In this document: piece by piece, positions 46,021 to 61,944 of the stretch
Layout of the letters: each line of letters starts with the position of its first letter
Numbering within the stretch: position 1 is the first letter of the stretch
From: the human T2T-CHM13v2.0 reference genome, Homo sapiens
Length of the DNA: 64,000 nt
NCBI RefSeq assembly: GCF_009914755.1
Contig: NC_060942.1
Reading direction: 5' to 3' (one strand)
Position numbers and translations under genes: made by a program
Notes under the pieces: generated by a model
The model's database searches: none
What the model saw: only the letters and a program-made list of their open reading frames with translations
Told to the model about the DNA's origin: nothing

Positions 46021-46122
46021 GAAGTCCCATTCCGGCTCCCCTCTCTCTTGCAAGAGAGAGAGCTGTTCTCTTTTCTTTTTCTTTCACCTACTAAACCTCC
46101 ACTCTTAAATCAAAAAACAAAC
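46021..46122 (+). mobile_element. Short polyadenylated ERV1-LTR-like retrocopy inside the L1 3' UTR
   Basis: 16-bp TSD aaacctaYctatcagg (46005-46020, 46123-46138), A-rich tail, body resembles an LTR R region. Confidence 0.65.
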
Positions 46123-46728
46123 AAACCTACCTATCAGGTACTATGCTTATTACCTGGTTCACAAAATAATCTGTACACCAAACCCCATGACCTGGAATTT
46201 ACCCATATAACCTGTACATGTATGCCCTGAACCTAAAATAAAAGTTGGAATAAAAAAATGAGCAAATGTTGGTACCATGCATCTTGTACAGACTGCAGAA
46301 CCATGAGCCAAATAAACCTCTTTTCTTTACAAATTACCTAGCCTCAGATATTCTTTTATAGCAACATTAGATAGATTAAGAATGGAATTGCAGGGTCATA
46401 GTACATACATCATGTTCATTTTTAATGAATACTGCCAAACAACTTTCCAAAGTTCCAATTGTCCAACATCTTCAGCAAACTTAGTGGTGTCAGTCTTTCA
46501 TGTTATTCTGGTAGGCATGTAGTGGTACCTTATGGCATTAGTTTTCATTTCACTGATTATTAATGAGGTTGTGCACTTTTCAGGTGATTATTGGTTTTTG
46601 TCCTGGTGTGAAATAGCTGTTCAAACTCTTGCTCACTTTAGGAGGCTGAGGGTTGCTTGTCTTTTTTATACTGACATGTTAATTTTTTAAAATATATTTT
46701 TGTGTTCTGTGTACAGTTCCTTTGTTGA

Positions 46729-47180
<452 letters not shown>

Positions 47181-47831
47181 CTCTATGTTTTCTTCTAAAC
47201 TCTTGTTTTAAATATTTAAATATGAAATCTTACTGAATTGATTTTTGTTGATAGTGTGAGGTAGGGTTTAAGCTAAAAGTTTTTCCTTATGAATTTCCAG
47301 TTGGCCCAGCATCATTTTTTTTCTCCAAGCAACATCAGAACAGACCAGCACCATTTGTTGAGAAAAATCATCCCTTCCTTGCTATACCAGTTTTACCTTT
47401 GTCATGTGTAAGGTGATCATATATGTGTGAGTATATTTCTGGACTCCATTATGTTCACTGATCAGCTTGTTTCTTCTTACACCAGTAGCATACTGTCTTA
47501 ATTATTATGTTTTTATAATCAATCTTGATAGTATATTGTGTAAGGCCTCCATATCTGTTTCTTGGTTCTTTGCATTTCCTTCATGATTTTAGAATCAGCT
47601 TATAGACAGGGCAATCTTGATATGCATTTGCTGCCACCCACCAAACGCATCATTCAACTGCCTCTGCAGTTTTAACCAGACAACTAAGAGTAATTTATTC
47701 CTCTTTTCACCTTAAATGTAACCACTTAAATGAGGCATTCTAAGCTTCCTAACAACACATGAACAAGCAGGACTGAAGCAGCCTCTTGAGGCACAAATCC
47801 ATAGGTACTTAGGAAATTTAGACATACTTTC

Positions 47832-50533
47832 TTTATAAGGCCATTCTTGTATGGCTATAAAAAAATACTCAAGACTGGGTAATTGATAAAGAACAGAGTT
47901 TTAATTGGCTCACAGTTCTTCAAGCTGTATGGTAAGCATGGCAATGGTGTCTTCTTGGCTTCTCAGGAAGCCTCAGGGAACTTTAAATCATGGTAGAGGG
48001 TGAAGTGGGAGCAGGCACATCACATAACGACAGCAGGAGCAAATGAGAAAGAGTTGGTGAAGGGAGAAGTGACCCACATTTTTAAACAATTGCATCTCAT
48101 GTGAAATCAGAGGGAGAGCTCACTTATCACCAAGGGGATGACCCAAACTAGTAATGAGGAATCAGCCTCCGTAATCTAAACACCTCCCACCAGGCTCCAT
48201 CTCCAGCATTGGGGATTACAACTCAACGTGAGATTAGGGCAGGAACAAATATCCAAACTGTCATTCTGCACCTGACCTCTCCCAAACATCATGTCCTTCT
48301 CACATTGCAAAATAAAATTATGCCTTCCCAATAGTCCCCCCAAGTCTTAACTTACTGCAGCATTAACTGAAAATTCCAAAGTTCAACGTCTCATCTTGGA
48401 CAAAGCAAGTTCCTTCCAACAGTGAGCCTGTAAAATAAAAAACAAGCTATTTACAATGGGAGTATAGGCATTGCATAAACATTCCTGTTCTAAAAGGGAA
48501 GATCTGGCCAAAAGAAATGGGGCTACAAGCCCCACACAAGTCTGAAACCAAGCAGGGCAGTCATTAAATCACAAAGCTCCAAAGTCATCTCCTTTGACTC
48601 CATATCCTACATCCAGGGCACACTGGTGCAAGAGGTGGGCTCCTGTATTAGTCCATTTCTTACACTGCTATAAACCTACTACCTAAGACTGGGTGATTTA
48701 TAAACAAAAGAGCTTTAATTGACTCACAGTTCTGCATGGCCGGAGAGACCTCAGGAAACTTACAATCATGGCAGAAGGTGAAGGGAAAGCAAGGTATATC
48801 TTACTTAGTGGCAAGAGAGACAGCGTAAGGGGGAACTGCCAAACACTTTTAAGCCATCAGATCTTGTGAGAACTCACTTACTATGATGAGAACAGCAAGG
48901 GGGAAACTACCCCCATGACCCAGTCACCTCCCACCAGGTCCCTCCCTTGACATGTTGGGATTACAATTCAAGACGAGGTTTGGGTGGGGACACAGACCAA
49001 ACCACACCGGTTCCACAGGCCTTGGACAGCTCTGTCCCTGTGGCTTTGCAGGGTGCAACTCTCCCAGCTGCTCTCACAGTCAGGAGTTGAGTGCCTGTGA
49101 CTTTTCCAGGCACAGAGTGCAAATTGCTGGTGCATCTATGATTCTTGGGTCTGGAGGGTGGTGGCCCCCTTCTGACAGCTCCATTAGGCAGTACCCAGTG
49201 GAATCTCAGTGTGGGACTCTAATCCCACATTTTCCCTTGTCACTGCCCTAGTAGAGGTTCTCTGTGATAGTTCTGCCCTTGCAGCAGGCTTCTGCCCGGA
49301 CACCTAGGCTTTTTGATACATCCTCTGAAATCTAGGTGGAGGCTGCCAAGCCTCATTCACTCTCACATTCTGTGCACCCGCAGGCTTAACACCACATGAA
49401 AGCCATAAAGGCTTATGGCTTGCATTCTCCAAAGTGGCAGCCTGAACTGGCCCCTTTAAGCCCTTACTGGAGCTGCAGTCGCCTGGATGCAGGTAGCAGT
49501 GTCCTGAGATTTCACAGTACAGCAATGACCTGGCTCTGGCCCATGAAACCATTCAGCCCTCCTAGGCCTCAGGGTTTGTGATGGGGGGTGCTGCTGCCAA
49601 GGTCTCTGAAATGCCATTAAGGCCTTTTCCTTATTTTCTTGGCTATTAGCACTTTACTCCCTTTTAGTAATGCAAATTTCTCTAGCAAGTCGTTGCTCCA
49701 CAATCTGCTTGAATTCCTCTCTCTCAGAAATTGCTCTCTCTCTCTGAGAAATTCCTTCCAATGGATACCCTAAATCGTCATTTTGAAGTTCAAACTTCCA
49801 CAGATCCTTAAGGCATGAATGCAGTGCAGGCAGGTTCTTTGCTAAGGCCTAACATGCACGACCTTTTCTCCAGTTCCCAGTAAATTTCCCATTTCCATAT
49901 GAGACCTTGTCAGCCTGGAGTTCACTGTTCATATCACTATCAGCATTTTGGTCACAACCATTTTACCAGTCTCTAAGAAGTTGAAAACTTTCCCTCACCT
50001 TCCTGAGCCCTCCAAACTCTTCCAACTTCTGCCCTGTACCTAGTTCCAGAGTCACTTCCACATTTTAAGGTATCTTATAGCAATGCCCCACTCCTTGGTA
50101 CCAATTTTTTATGTTAGGCCTTTCTTGAATTGCTATAAATACCTGAGACTGGGCAATTTATTTTAAAAGAGGTTTAATTGGCTCACAGTTATGCAGACTG
50201 TACAGAAATCATGGCAATGGTATCTGCTCAGCTTCTGGGGAAACCTCAGGGAGCTTTCAATCATGGCAGAAGGCAAAGTGAGAGTTGGCACATCATATGG
50301 CAAAAGCAAGAGCAAGAGAGAGATAGTGGTGGGGAGGTGCCCCACACTTTTAAACTACCAGATCTTATGTGAACTTAGAAACGAGAGCTCACTTATCACC
50401 AAAGGGATGGCCCAAGCCATTCATGAGGGATCTGCTCTTATGATCCAGTCACCACTCATCAGGCCCCATCTCCAACACTGGGGATTACAATTCAACATGA
50501 GATTTGGGTAGGGCAAATATCCAAACTATATCA
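47832..50533 (-). mobile_element. Complete MST-family MaLR element (LTR ~47832-48263, internal region, LTR ~50110-50533)
   Basis: Two similar direct LTRs around a MaLR internal region; 5-bp TSD ctttc at 47827-47831 and 50534-50538. Confidence 0.9.
48644..49009 (-). mobile_element. THE1/MSTA solo LTR nested in the MaLR internal region
   Basis: tgtattagtcc...accaaaccac; TSD gctcc/gttcc. Confidence 0.85.
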
Positions 50534-50691
50534 CTTTCCCTTATCAACCATGGCTTCTCAGATTTAAAGGTAGATTTCCTACCACCCTTATCAGTGGGAT
50601 ACAATTTACTTTGTAAAAGCAAACACTCGGGGAGTAGTCAGCAAAGAGCAATTGGCCACTTACATAAAGGTTAGATGTCAGGAGGTAATAA

Positions 50692-52021
<1,330 letters not shown>

Positions 52022-52502
52022 TATTATTATTTTTTTAATGATGCTGATGAAGAAAACAAAGTTGAATGGAGCTAAATGGCCCAAACTCAATGAATGAGTG
52101 TTGATGCTGAACTTCCATCCAGACTTGTGAGAATACAAACCCAAATTTCCTAACCTCACTATATTGTGTGTATTGACTATGTATTTATGGTCATCTGAAC
52201 TCCAAGAAACCTTTAGAAATTATACAGTCTTGCACCTTTACTAGGGAGCATTTGAAAGTGAACACTTAAAGCATCAGATGGATGAACATGGATTTAAATT
52301 TAGCACCAGATATTGAGATCTCTTGGTGAACTACTCATGATTTATCAAAGAGGCATTCCAAGAATAATTATTGTTATTTACATTAAGTCTTCATTCTGGA
52401 ATTTTACTGTACATGACAGATAATTAATTTTACACTGTATTGGCTGAATGGTATTAGAACTTTTCCAGATTTTTCTTTTTTAGAAAACTTAAACAGAAAT
52501 AT

Positions 52503-52733
52503 TTTGAACAACACAGGTTTGAACTGTGAGGATCCACTTTTCTGCAGATTTTTTTCAACCAAACATGGATTGAAAATACAGTATTCACGAGATGTGAAAC
52601 CCACATATACAAAGGGCTGACTTTTCATGTACACAGGTTCTACAGAGTTAACTCCGGGACTTGAGTATGCAGGGATTTTGGTATACTTGAGAAGTCCTAG
52701 AACCAATCTCCCATGTTTACTAAGGGATGACTG
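52503..52733. mobile_element. Tigger-derived MITE (MER8-like)
   Basis: ttgaacaacacaggtttgaactg...gaaccaatc...gggatgactg-TA. Confidence 0.7.
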
Positions 52734-53018
52734 TATATAGTCTTTCAAATTTCTTATATGATAGAATATAATTTTAAGTTATGTATGTTTAATTTAGATC
52801 AACATATTAAAGTCCTATAAATGTTGTTTATAATGTCTTTCATATATAGAAGGATATTTTTTTCTAGTTTTTTTCATTTACTAAGTCAAATGCCTTTATT
52901 TTAAATCATGAAAATATTAGTATAATTTGTTAAATATCATTTGAAATGATACAGTTTTTGGTTTGGGTACAAAATATATATTAAAATATATTTAACTTTT
53001 AATTTTTAAAATATATTT

Positions 53019-53074
53019 TACAGGTTATGCCATTAACTTAACATATATTTTTAAAGTTAATGGCATAACCTGTA
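53019..53074. repeat. Perfect 21-bp inverted repeat with 14-nt spacer
   Basis: tacaggttatgccattaactt (53019-53039) / aagttaatggcataacctgta (53054-53074). Confidence 0.95.
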
Positions 53075-53126
53075 GAATTAATGGCAATTTCAATCTGTCC
53101 ACATATGTTCTAAAAAACACACAGGT

Positions 53127-53498
<372 letters not shown>

Positions 53499-53758
53499 TT
53501 ACCCATAGCTCACACATACAGCTTAACTAGGAGACAGAATACTATATAAACTACAGTTTCCATTGAAGTAGTTGGAGGTTGGGGTGGCGTAAATAGAAAT
53601 AGCTCCAGAGTCTACACCAGAGCAGTTTCAGAAGGAGACAGTACATAAAATAGAGAGGGCAGTAATAAAATAACCATCAGAAATTGAGAGTGCCACCCTG
53701 AGTAGACGAATGATGAAAACAATAAATTTCTTCCGTGGACTCATGAAAACAGCTATTA

Positions 53759-54301
<543 letters not shown>

Positions 54302-54587
54302 TCAGACCCGAATAATCATATAAGGCAAGAATGCCCCAGTCTAGGAGAATAGCAAATGCGAAAGCTTAAGTCAAGAATAAGACTGCAATTTCAGAAAATG
54401 AGAGTAAGTTATTTGAGTTAATTGAGTAAAGTGATGAGTGTTATATAATGGATGCATAGAGATAGGCAGGGACCAGGTAATGTAAGACCCTGTAGGTGGT
54501 GGAAAAAGTCTGGATATTTTTCTGAAGTCAATGGAAAGCCACAAGGGGTTTATGAGATATGAATGTAATCATCCATTCTATGTTTTT

Positions 54588-55520
54588 GGTAACCAAAGCA
54601 GCAGGATATTGGTATAAAAATAGATACATTGACCAATGGATCAGAATGGAGAACTGAGAAATAAAGCCACATATTTACAGCCAACTCATCTTCAACAAAG
54701 CCAACAAGAACTTACATTGGGGAAAGGGCACCCTCTTCAATATGGTGCTGAGAAAATTGGAGAGCCAGTTGCAGAAGAATGGCGCTGGACCCTTATCTCT
54801 CATCATATACAAAAGTCAGCTCAAGATGGATTAAAAACTTAAATGTAATAACTGGAACTTTAAAAATACTAAAACCTAGGAAAAACTCTTTTGGACATTG
54901 GTCTACGCAAAGAATTTATGACTAAGACCTCAAAAGCACAGGCAACAAAAACAAAAATAGACAAATGGGACTTAATTAAACTAAAAAGCTTCTGCACACA
55001 AAAAGAAATAACAGAGTAAGAGACAATTTGTTGAATGGGAGAAAATATTTGCAAACTGTTCATTCAACAGAATACTAATATCCAGAATATACAAGAAACT
55101 CAACAGGAATTCCATTAAAAAGTGGGCAGAGGGGCCGGGTGCGGTGGCTTATGCCTGTAATCCCAGCACTTTGGGAGGCTGAGGCGGGTGGATCACGAGG
55201 TCAGGAGATCGAGACCATTCTGGCTAACATGGTGAAGCCCCATCTGTACTAAAAATACAAAAAATTAGCCGGGCTTGGTGGCGGGCACCTGTAGTCCCAG
55301 CTACTCAGGAGGCTGAGGCAGGAGAATCGCTTGAACCCAGGAGGCAGAGGTTGCAGTGACCTCAGATCATGTCACTGAACTCCAGCCTGGCAACAGAGCA
55401 AGACTCCATCTCAAAAAAAAAGTGGGCAAAGGATACGCATAGACATTTCTCAAAAGAAGACATACAACTGGCCACCAGGTATATGAACAAATGCTCAACA
55501 TCACTATCAAAGAAATTCAA
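54588..55520 (+). mobile_element. L1PB/MA ORF2 fragment containing an Alu (55133-55420)
   Basis: L1 ORF2 3' motifs; Alu TSD aaaaagtgggca. Confidence 0.8.
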
Positions 55521-57975
55521 ATGTCAATAAATTTTAAAGTATTAAAATCATATACAATATTTTTCTACCACAACAGAAATTTATAAAAGAAGAAAATTTG
55601 GGAAATCCACAAATATTTGGAAATTAATACACTTTTATTTTCATGGACCAAGAGAGAAATCACAAAATATATTAAGTGGAATGGAAAAAACACATCAAGA
55701 CACATGGGATGCAATGATAGCAGTACTTAGAGGGAAATTTATAGCTACAAATACATATTAGAAAATACGGATGTCACATCAATAAACTAAGCTTTCACTC
55801 AGTAACTGGGAAAAAAAACTAAACTCAAGACAAGAAGAAAGAAGCAAATAATAAAGATTAGAGTGAAAAATCAATGAAATAGATAACAGAGAAGCAATAG
55901 AGAAAGTTGGTGAAATTAAAAATTAGTTTTTTAAAAAATTCAACAAAACTGACAGATCTTTAGCTAGACTGATCAAGAAAAAAAGACAAATTAGTAAAAT
56001 GAGAAATGAGAGGACTTCACTATCAAATTTATAAAAATTAAGGGACTATAGTGGAATAACATGAACATATTTAGGTCAACAAATTGGACAACTTAGATGG
56101 AATAGACTAATTTCTCCAAAGATAAAAATACACTCAAAATACTAAAAATGACTCAAGAAGAATGAGAAAATCTGACTAGTAAAAAAAGGTAATCAGTGCC
56201 TTAAAATCTCACCAAAAAAGCCCAGGCCCAGATGGTTTCACTGGTGATTTCTCTCACATTTAGAGAAATAATACTAACCCTTTATAAACTCTTCCAGAAT
56301 AGAAAGGAGAAGGGAACAATTCCCATCTCATTCTATGAAGATAGTATTTGCATATCAGAGGCAAAAAAAGGGCATTATTTTTTAAAAACCTACGGACAAA
56401 TATTTCTTACAAATGTAGATGCACAGATCCTCAACAAATCACTAACAAGCAGAATGCGGCAGCATATACAAAGAATTGTACACCATGATCAAGTGGAATT
56501 TATTCCATAGTGCAAAGGTGACTTAATATCTGAAAAGTAATATATTGCACTGTACTAATAGAATGAAAGATAAAACCACATAATCATCTCAATAGATGAA
56601 GCATTTTTACAAAATCCAACATCCCTTCATGATGACACTCAGTAAAACTGGAATAGAAGGGAGCCTCTTTAATCTGATAAAAGCATCTACAAAAACCTAC
56701 AGCTAACATTATAACTAAAGATAAAAGAAAATAAGAAACGAGGCAAGGATGCTCAATCTCATCACTCCTATTTAACATGGTACTGCAGGTTTTAGCCAGT
56801 GTAATCAAGCAAGAAAATCAGATATGTATAGATAATCCTTGGAAATTCACAAAACTGTGAGTTCAGCAAAGTTACATGATACAAAATCAATATGCAAAAG
56901 TATTTGTATTTCTATGTCTTAGCAATGAACAAATTAAAGATGAAACTGAGAAAAAATGTAATCGACAATAATAATAATGCAGGAATAAATGTAACAAAGT
57001 GTAAGGCTTGTACACTGAAACTATAAAAAGTATTGCTGAGGGAATTAAAGATCTAAATAAGTGGAGGGATATTTCATGTTCGTGGATTGGAATGCTCAGT
57101 ATTGTTAAGATGTCAGCTCTCCTCAAATTAATCTATGGATTCGACATAATACGCATAGAAACTCCAGCAGGCTTTTTTTTTTTTTTTGCAGAAATTAACA
57201 ACCAGATCTGAAACTCTATAAATTAATGCAAATGACCCAGCATAGTCAAAACAATTCATAAAAGGAACAAAGTGAAAGAACTTATACTTCTTGATTTAAA
57301 AAATTACTATAATTCCAAATAAGACAATGAGTGTGGTATTGGAATAAAGATAGACATCCAGATCAATAGAATGAAATGTAGAGTACAAAAATAAACCCTT
57401 ATATTTAGGTCCATTGATTTTCAAGAAAGGTGCCAACACATATGGGGAAAGAATAGTCTTTTTGACAAATAATGATGAAACAGTTTTAAATCTTACCTCA
57501 CACTATATGCAAAAATTAATTCCAAATGGATTTAAAACCTAGTTTAGGAACTGAAACCATAGGATCTTTAGAAGAAAACATAGAGAAAAATCTTCATGAC
57601 CTTGGGTCAATCAAAGGTATTTTGGATATGACACTAAAAGAATACATTACAAAAAAATTGACAAATTGGACTTTGTCAAAATTTAAAACTTTGTGCATCA
57701 GACAATGTCATTAAGAAAATAAATAGACAATCTACATAACGGTAAAAAATATGTGCAAATAATATTTATGACAAAAGTCTTCTATTCAGAATATACAAAG
57801 AACTTTTACAACTCAATAATAAGGCAAACAGTCTTGTTTACAAATAGCCAAAATATTTGAATAGACATTTCACAAAAGATATGAATGGCAAAAAGCACAG
57901 GAAAAGATAGTCAACATCATTAATCATTCAGAGATTCAAATTAAAACACAACACAATAACACTTTTCACCCGTTA

Positions 57976-58418
<443 letters not shown>

Positions 58419-58773
58419 TTAACATTTTCTTAAAATGTTAAACATAAATTTACCATATGACCCAGCAATTCCACTCCTGGATATCTACCCAAAGAAAATG
58501 AGAACATATGTCCACACAAAGACTTGTTTAGGAATCATAACAGCTAAAAGCATTATTCACGACAGCTAAATGCACATGTCCATCACGTGGTGAATAGATA
58601 AACAAAATATGATATATCCTTATAATGGAATATCATTAAATAATAAGAAGGAGCTAACTTGTTATCCACGGGTGAACCTCAAAAACATGCTAAATGAAAA
58701 AAGTTGGATTTGAAACATTACATATTATATGATTCTATGTACAGGAAATGTCCAGAAAGACAAGTCTACAGAG

Positions 58774-59446
58774 CAGATATCAACAAACATTTGGCATAAA
58801 GGGCAATACAGTAAATATTTTAGGTTCTGTTGGCCATAAAACAAAGCTCTCTTACAACTATTCAATTCTGCATTTTTCAGGAGAAAGCAGCCACAACATA
58901 TATGTAAATGAATGGGCAGAACTGTGTCTCCGTAAAACTACAGTTGATCCTTGAACAACACAAGTTTGAGCTGTGTGGGTCTACTTATACATGAATTTTC
59001 TTTCACCTCTGCTACTCCTGAGACAGCAAGATCAACCCCTCCACTTCCTCCTCCTCAGCCTACTCAATATGAAGATGACAAGGATAAAGACTTTTATGAT
59101 AGTCCACTTCCACTTATTTGTGATAGTCCATACTATTATGAATAGTAAATATACTTTCTCTTCTTCATGATTTTCTTTATAATGTTTTCTCTAGCTTACT
59201 TTATTTAAGAATATAATAGATAATACATATAACGTGCAAAGTGTATGTTAATCAACTATTTATTTTATTAGTAAGGCTTCCAGTCAACAGTAGGTTATTA
59301 GTAGTTATGGAGTCAAGTTATATGTGGATTTTTGACTGTGCATGGAGTTGATGTCCCTAACCCCTACATTGTTCAAGCATCAATTATATTCATAAAAACA
59401 GGCCACAGACTGGATTTGGCCCATGACAGTAGTTTGCAGACTCCTG
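58774..59446. mobile_element. MER58A-like hAT MITE split by Tigger2a
   Basis: 8-bp TSD ctacagag/ctatagag; cag...tttgcagactcctg termini. Confidence 0.78.
58941..59386. mobile_element. Tigger2a (MER28)-like element
   Basis: TA-cagttgatccttgaacaa...ttgttcaagcatcaatta-TA. Confidence 0.8.
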
Positions 59447-60044
59447 CTATAGAGGAAAGAGTACATTAATGGTTGTCTGGAGCTGGGTGGGGGTGAGGAG
59501 GGTGACAACTGCAAGTAATTGAAAAAGGTGAAGGGGAATATTTTGCAGATAACAGGAGTCTGCAAACTACTATTAAAGAAGAGCAAGAGGAGAAAAGTCA
59601 AAGAAGAATATGCAACAGAGAGGATTCTGTGAAGACAATGGAGTAGGAAGCACCAGGAGTAATCTCACATGCCCAGGGAAAGGCACAGACTCAGAAAATA
59701 CCTAAGAAATCTTTAAGTTTACACCTCAAGCTAATCCTTGGCACAGAGACAGCCTACAATAATAAAAATCAATACACAAATAAAAACAATAACAAAAAAA
59801 CCCCCACAGTTCTCTCTCCATGCAGCAGTCTCCTCTCTGGTGGGGTGCCTGGAAGTGCTCCAGCCACTCTGACTCCCAGCTCTGCCTGACTCCTGGCTAG
59901 CTGGCTAGCCCAACTAGCAGCCTGCCTCCCTGAACTTCCAACTCTGCTCCTCAACTCAAGGAGGCTGCCTGTGTTCCCAGCTCTGTGCCATATCCTGGGA
60001 ACTCTCTAAGCAATAAAACTGAGGCAATCATAGGACTCACCCGG

Positions 60045-60935
60045 ATAGTGAACGTTGTACCAAATAGGTAGTTTTTCAGTCCTTGCCCTGGCCCTCCCTC
60101 CCTCCCTACTTTTGGAATCCTCAGTCTCTACTGTTCCCATCTTTATGTCTGTGTGTACCCAAGGTTTAGGTCCCACTTATAAGCGAGAACATGCAATATT
60201 TGGTTTTCTGTTTCTGCATTAATTCTCTTAGGGTAATGGCTCCCAGTTGCATCCATGTTGTTGCAAAGGACAAGATTTCATTTTTTATGGCTGCATAGTA
60301 TTCCACAGTGTATATATACCATATTTTCTTTTTTTTTAATTATTGTACTTTAAGTTTTAGGGTACATGTGCACAACGTGCAGGTTTGTTACATATGTATA
60401 CATGTGCCATGTTGGTGTGCTGAACCCATTAACTCGTCATTTAGCATTAGGTGTATCTCCTAATGCTATCCCTCCCCCCTCCCCCCACCCCACAACAGTC
60501 CCCAGTGTGTGATGTTCCCCTTCCTATGTCCATGTGTTCTCATTGTTCAATTCCCACCTATGAGTGAGAACATGAGGTGTTTGGTTTTTTGTCCTTGCAA
60601 TAGTTTGCTGAGAATGATGGTTTCCAGCTTCATCCATGTCCCTACAAAGGACATGAACTCATCATTTTTTATGGTTCCATAGTATTCCATGGTGTATATG
60701 TGCCACATTTTCTTAATCCAGTCTATCATTGTTGGACATTTGGCTTGGTTCCAAGTCTTTGCTATTGTGAATAGTGCCACAATAAACATTCGTGTGCATG
60801 TGTCTTTATGGCAGCATGATTTATAATCCTTTGGGTATATACCCAGTAATGGGATGGCTGGGTCAAATGGTATATACCATATTTTCTTTATCCAATCCAC
60901 CATTGACAGCCACCTAGGTTAATTCCATGTCTTTA
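60045..60935 (-). mobile_element. Older L1P 3' fragment with a younger L1PA (~60331-60870) inserted into it
   Basis: Two antisense L1 3' UTRs; TSD tatataccatattttcttt. Confidence 0.85.
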
Positions 60936-61092
60936 CTTGCTTTTTAGAATCAATTCCTTACCCATACTTTTTCAAAGTTGTTTAGTTTTTTTCTAGCCTT
61001 TTGAAATGAATGCTCAATTCAGTGATTTTAATATATTGTGTATAAATATTACCTCCTTTAAGGCTATGAATTAGCCTCTGAAAACAGCTATA

Positions 61093-61435
61093 TAGTCAGC
61101 CCTTCATATCCATAGGTTCTGCATCTGTAGAGTCAACCAATTGTGGATCAAAAATATTTGGGGAAAAATGATGGTTGCATCTATACTGAACTTGTACAGA
61201 CTTTTTTTTCTTGTCATTATGCCCTAAATAATAGAATATAGCAAATATTTGTAAAGCATTTACATTGTATTAGGTATTATAAGAAATCTAGAGATGATTT
61301 ACAGTATACAGGAGGATGTGCATAGGTTATATGCAAATACTGTACCATTTTACATCAGGCACTTGAGCATCCATGGCTTTTGGTATCCGTGGGGAGTCCT
61401 GGAACCAATTCCCCATGAATACACAGAGACAACTG
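61093..61435. mobile_element. MER2 (Tigger MITE)
   Basis: agtcagcccttcatatcc...gtcctggaaccaattcccc...acaactg-TA. Confidence 0.8.
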
Positions 61436-61522
61436 TATTAGCGTATTGGTTGTTATGCTTCAAGCTACAAGGAATGGAAAACAACTACAAGTAGCTTAAA
61501 CAAGAGAGAATTATTATCCCAT

Positions 61523-61712
61523 TGTATTAACTATATTTTGTTATCTTCTGCATTCATGATAATCTGGCATTTGAGGCCTTGATGCTGGAGAAACTGCCCC
61601 TCCTAGGATTAGCTCGTTCCTAAAAAGCAAATGACTCCCCTGCAATCACACCTTTTTTATACAAACCAACCGATCCAGAGCCCACAGTTATACCTACTTC
61701 ATAGGACTGGTG
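61523..61712. mobile_element. ERV1 LTR fragment (MER31/34-like)
   Basis: ggagaaactgcccctcctagg...acaaaccaaccgatccagagccca. Confidence 0.45.
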
Positions 61713-61751
61713 TAAGGAGTAAATGATTATGTGTGTATGCATATATGGGTG

Positions 61752-61777
61752 TATGTATGTATGTATGTATGTATCTG

Positions 61778-61827
<50 letters not shown>

Positions 61828-61835
61828 ATCATCAT
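61752..61835. repeat. Compound (TATG)n(TATC)n microsatellite
   Basis: Seen directly. Confidence 0.95.
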
Positions 61836-61944
61836 CTCTATGTATAGGCCAAGTTAAAAACATATAGTGGATTCTCAATGTTTATTTCATTCTCCCTTTT
61901 ATAGTTGTAGCTAATATAAAATCAAAAACTTTTCACATCTTGAT

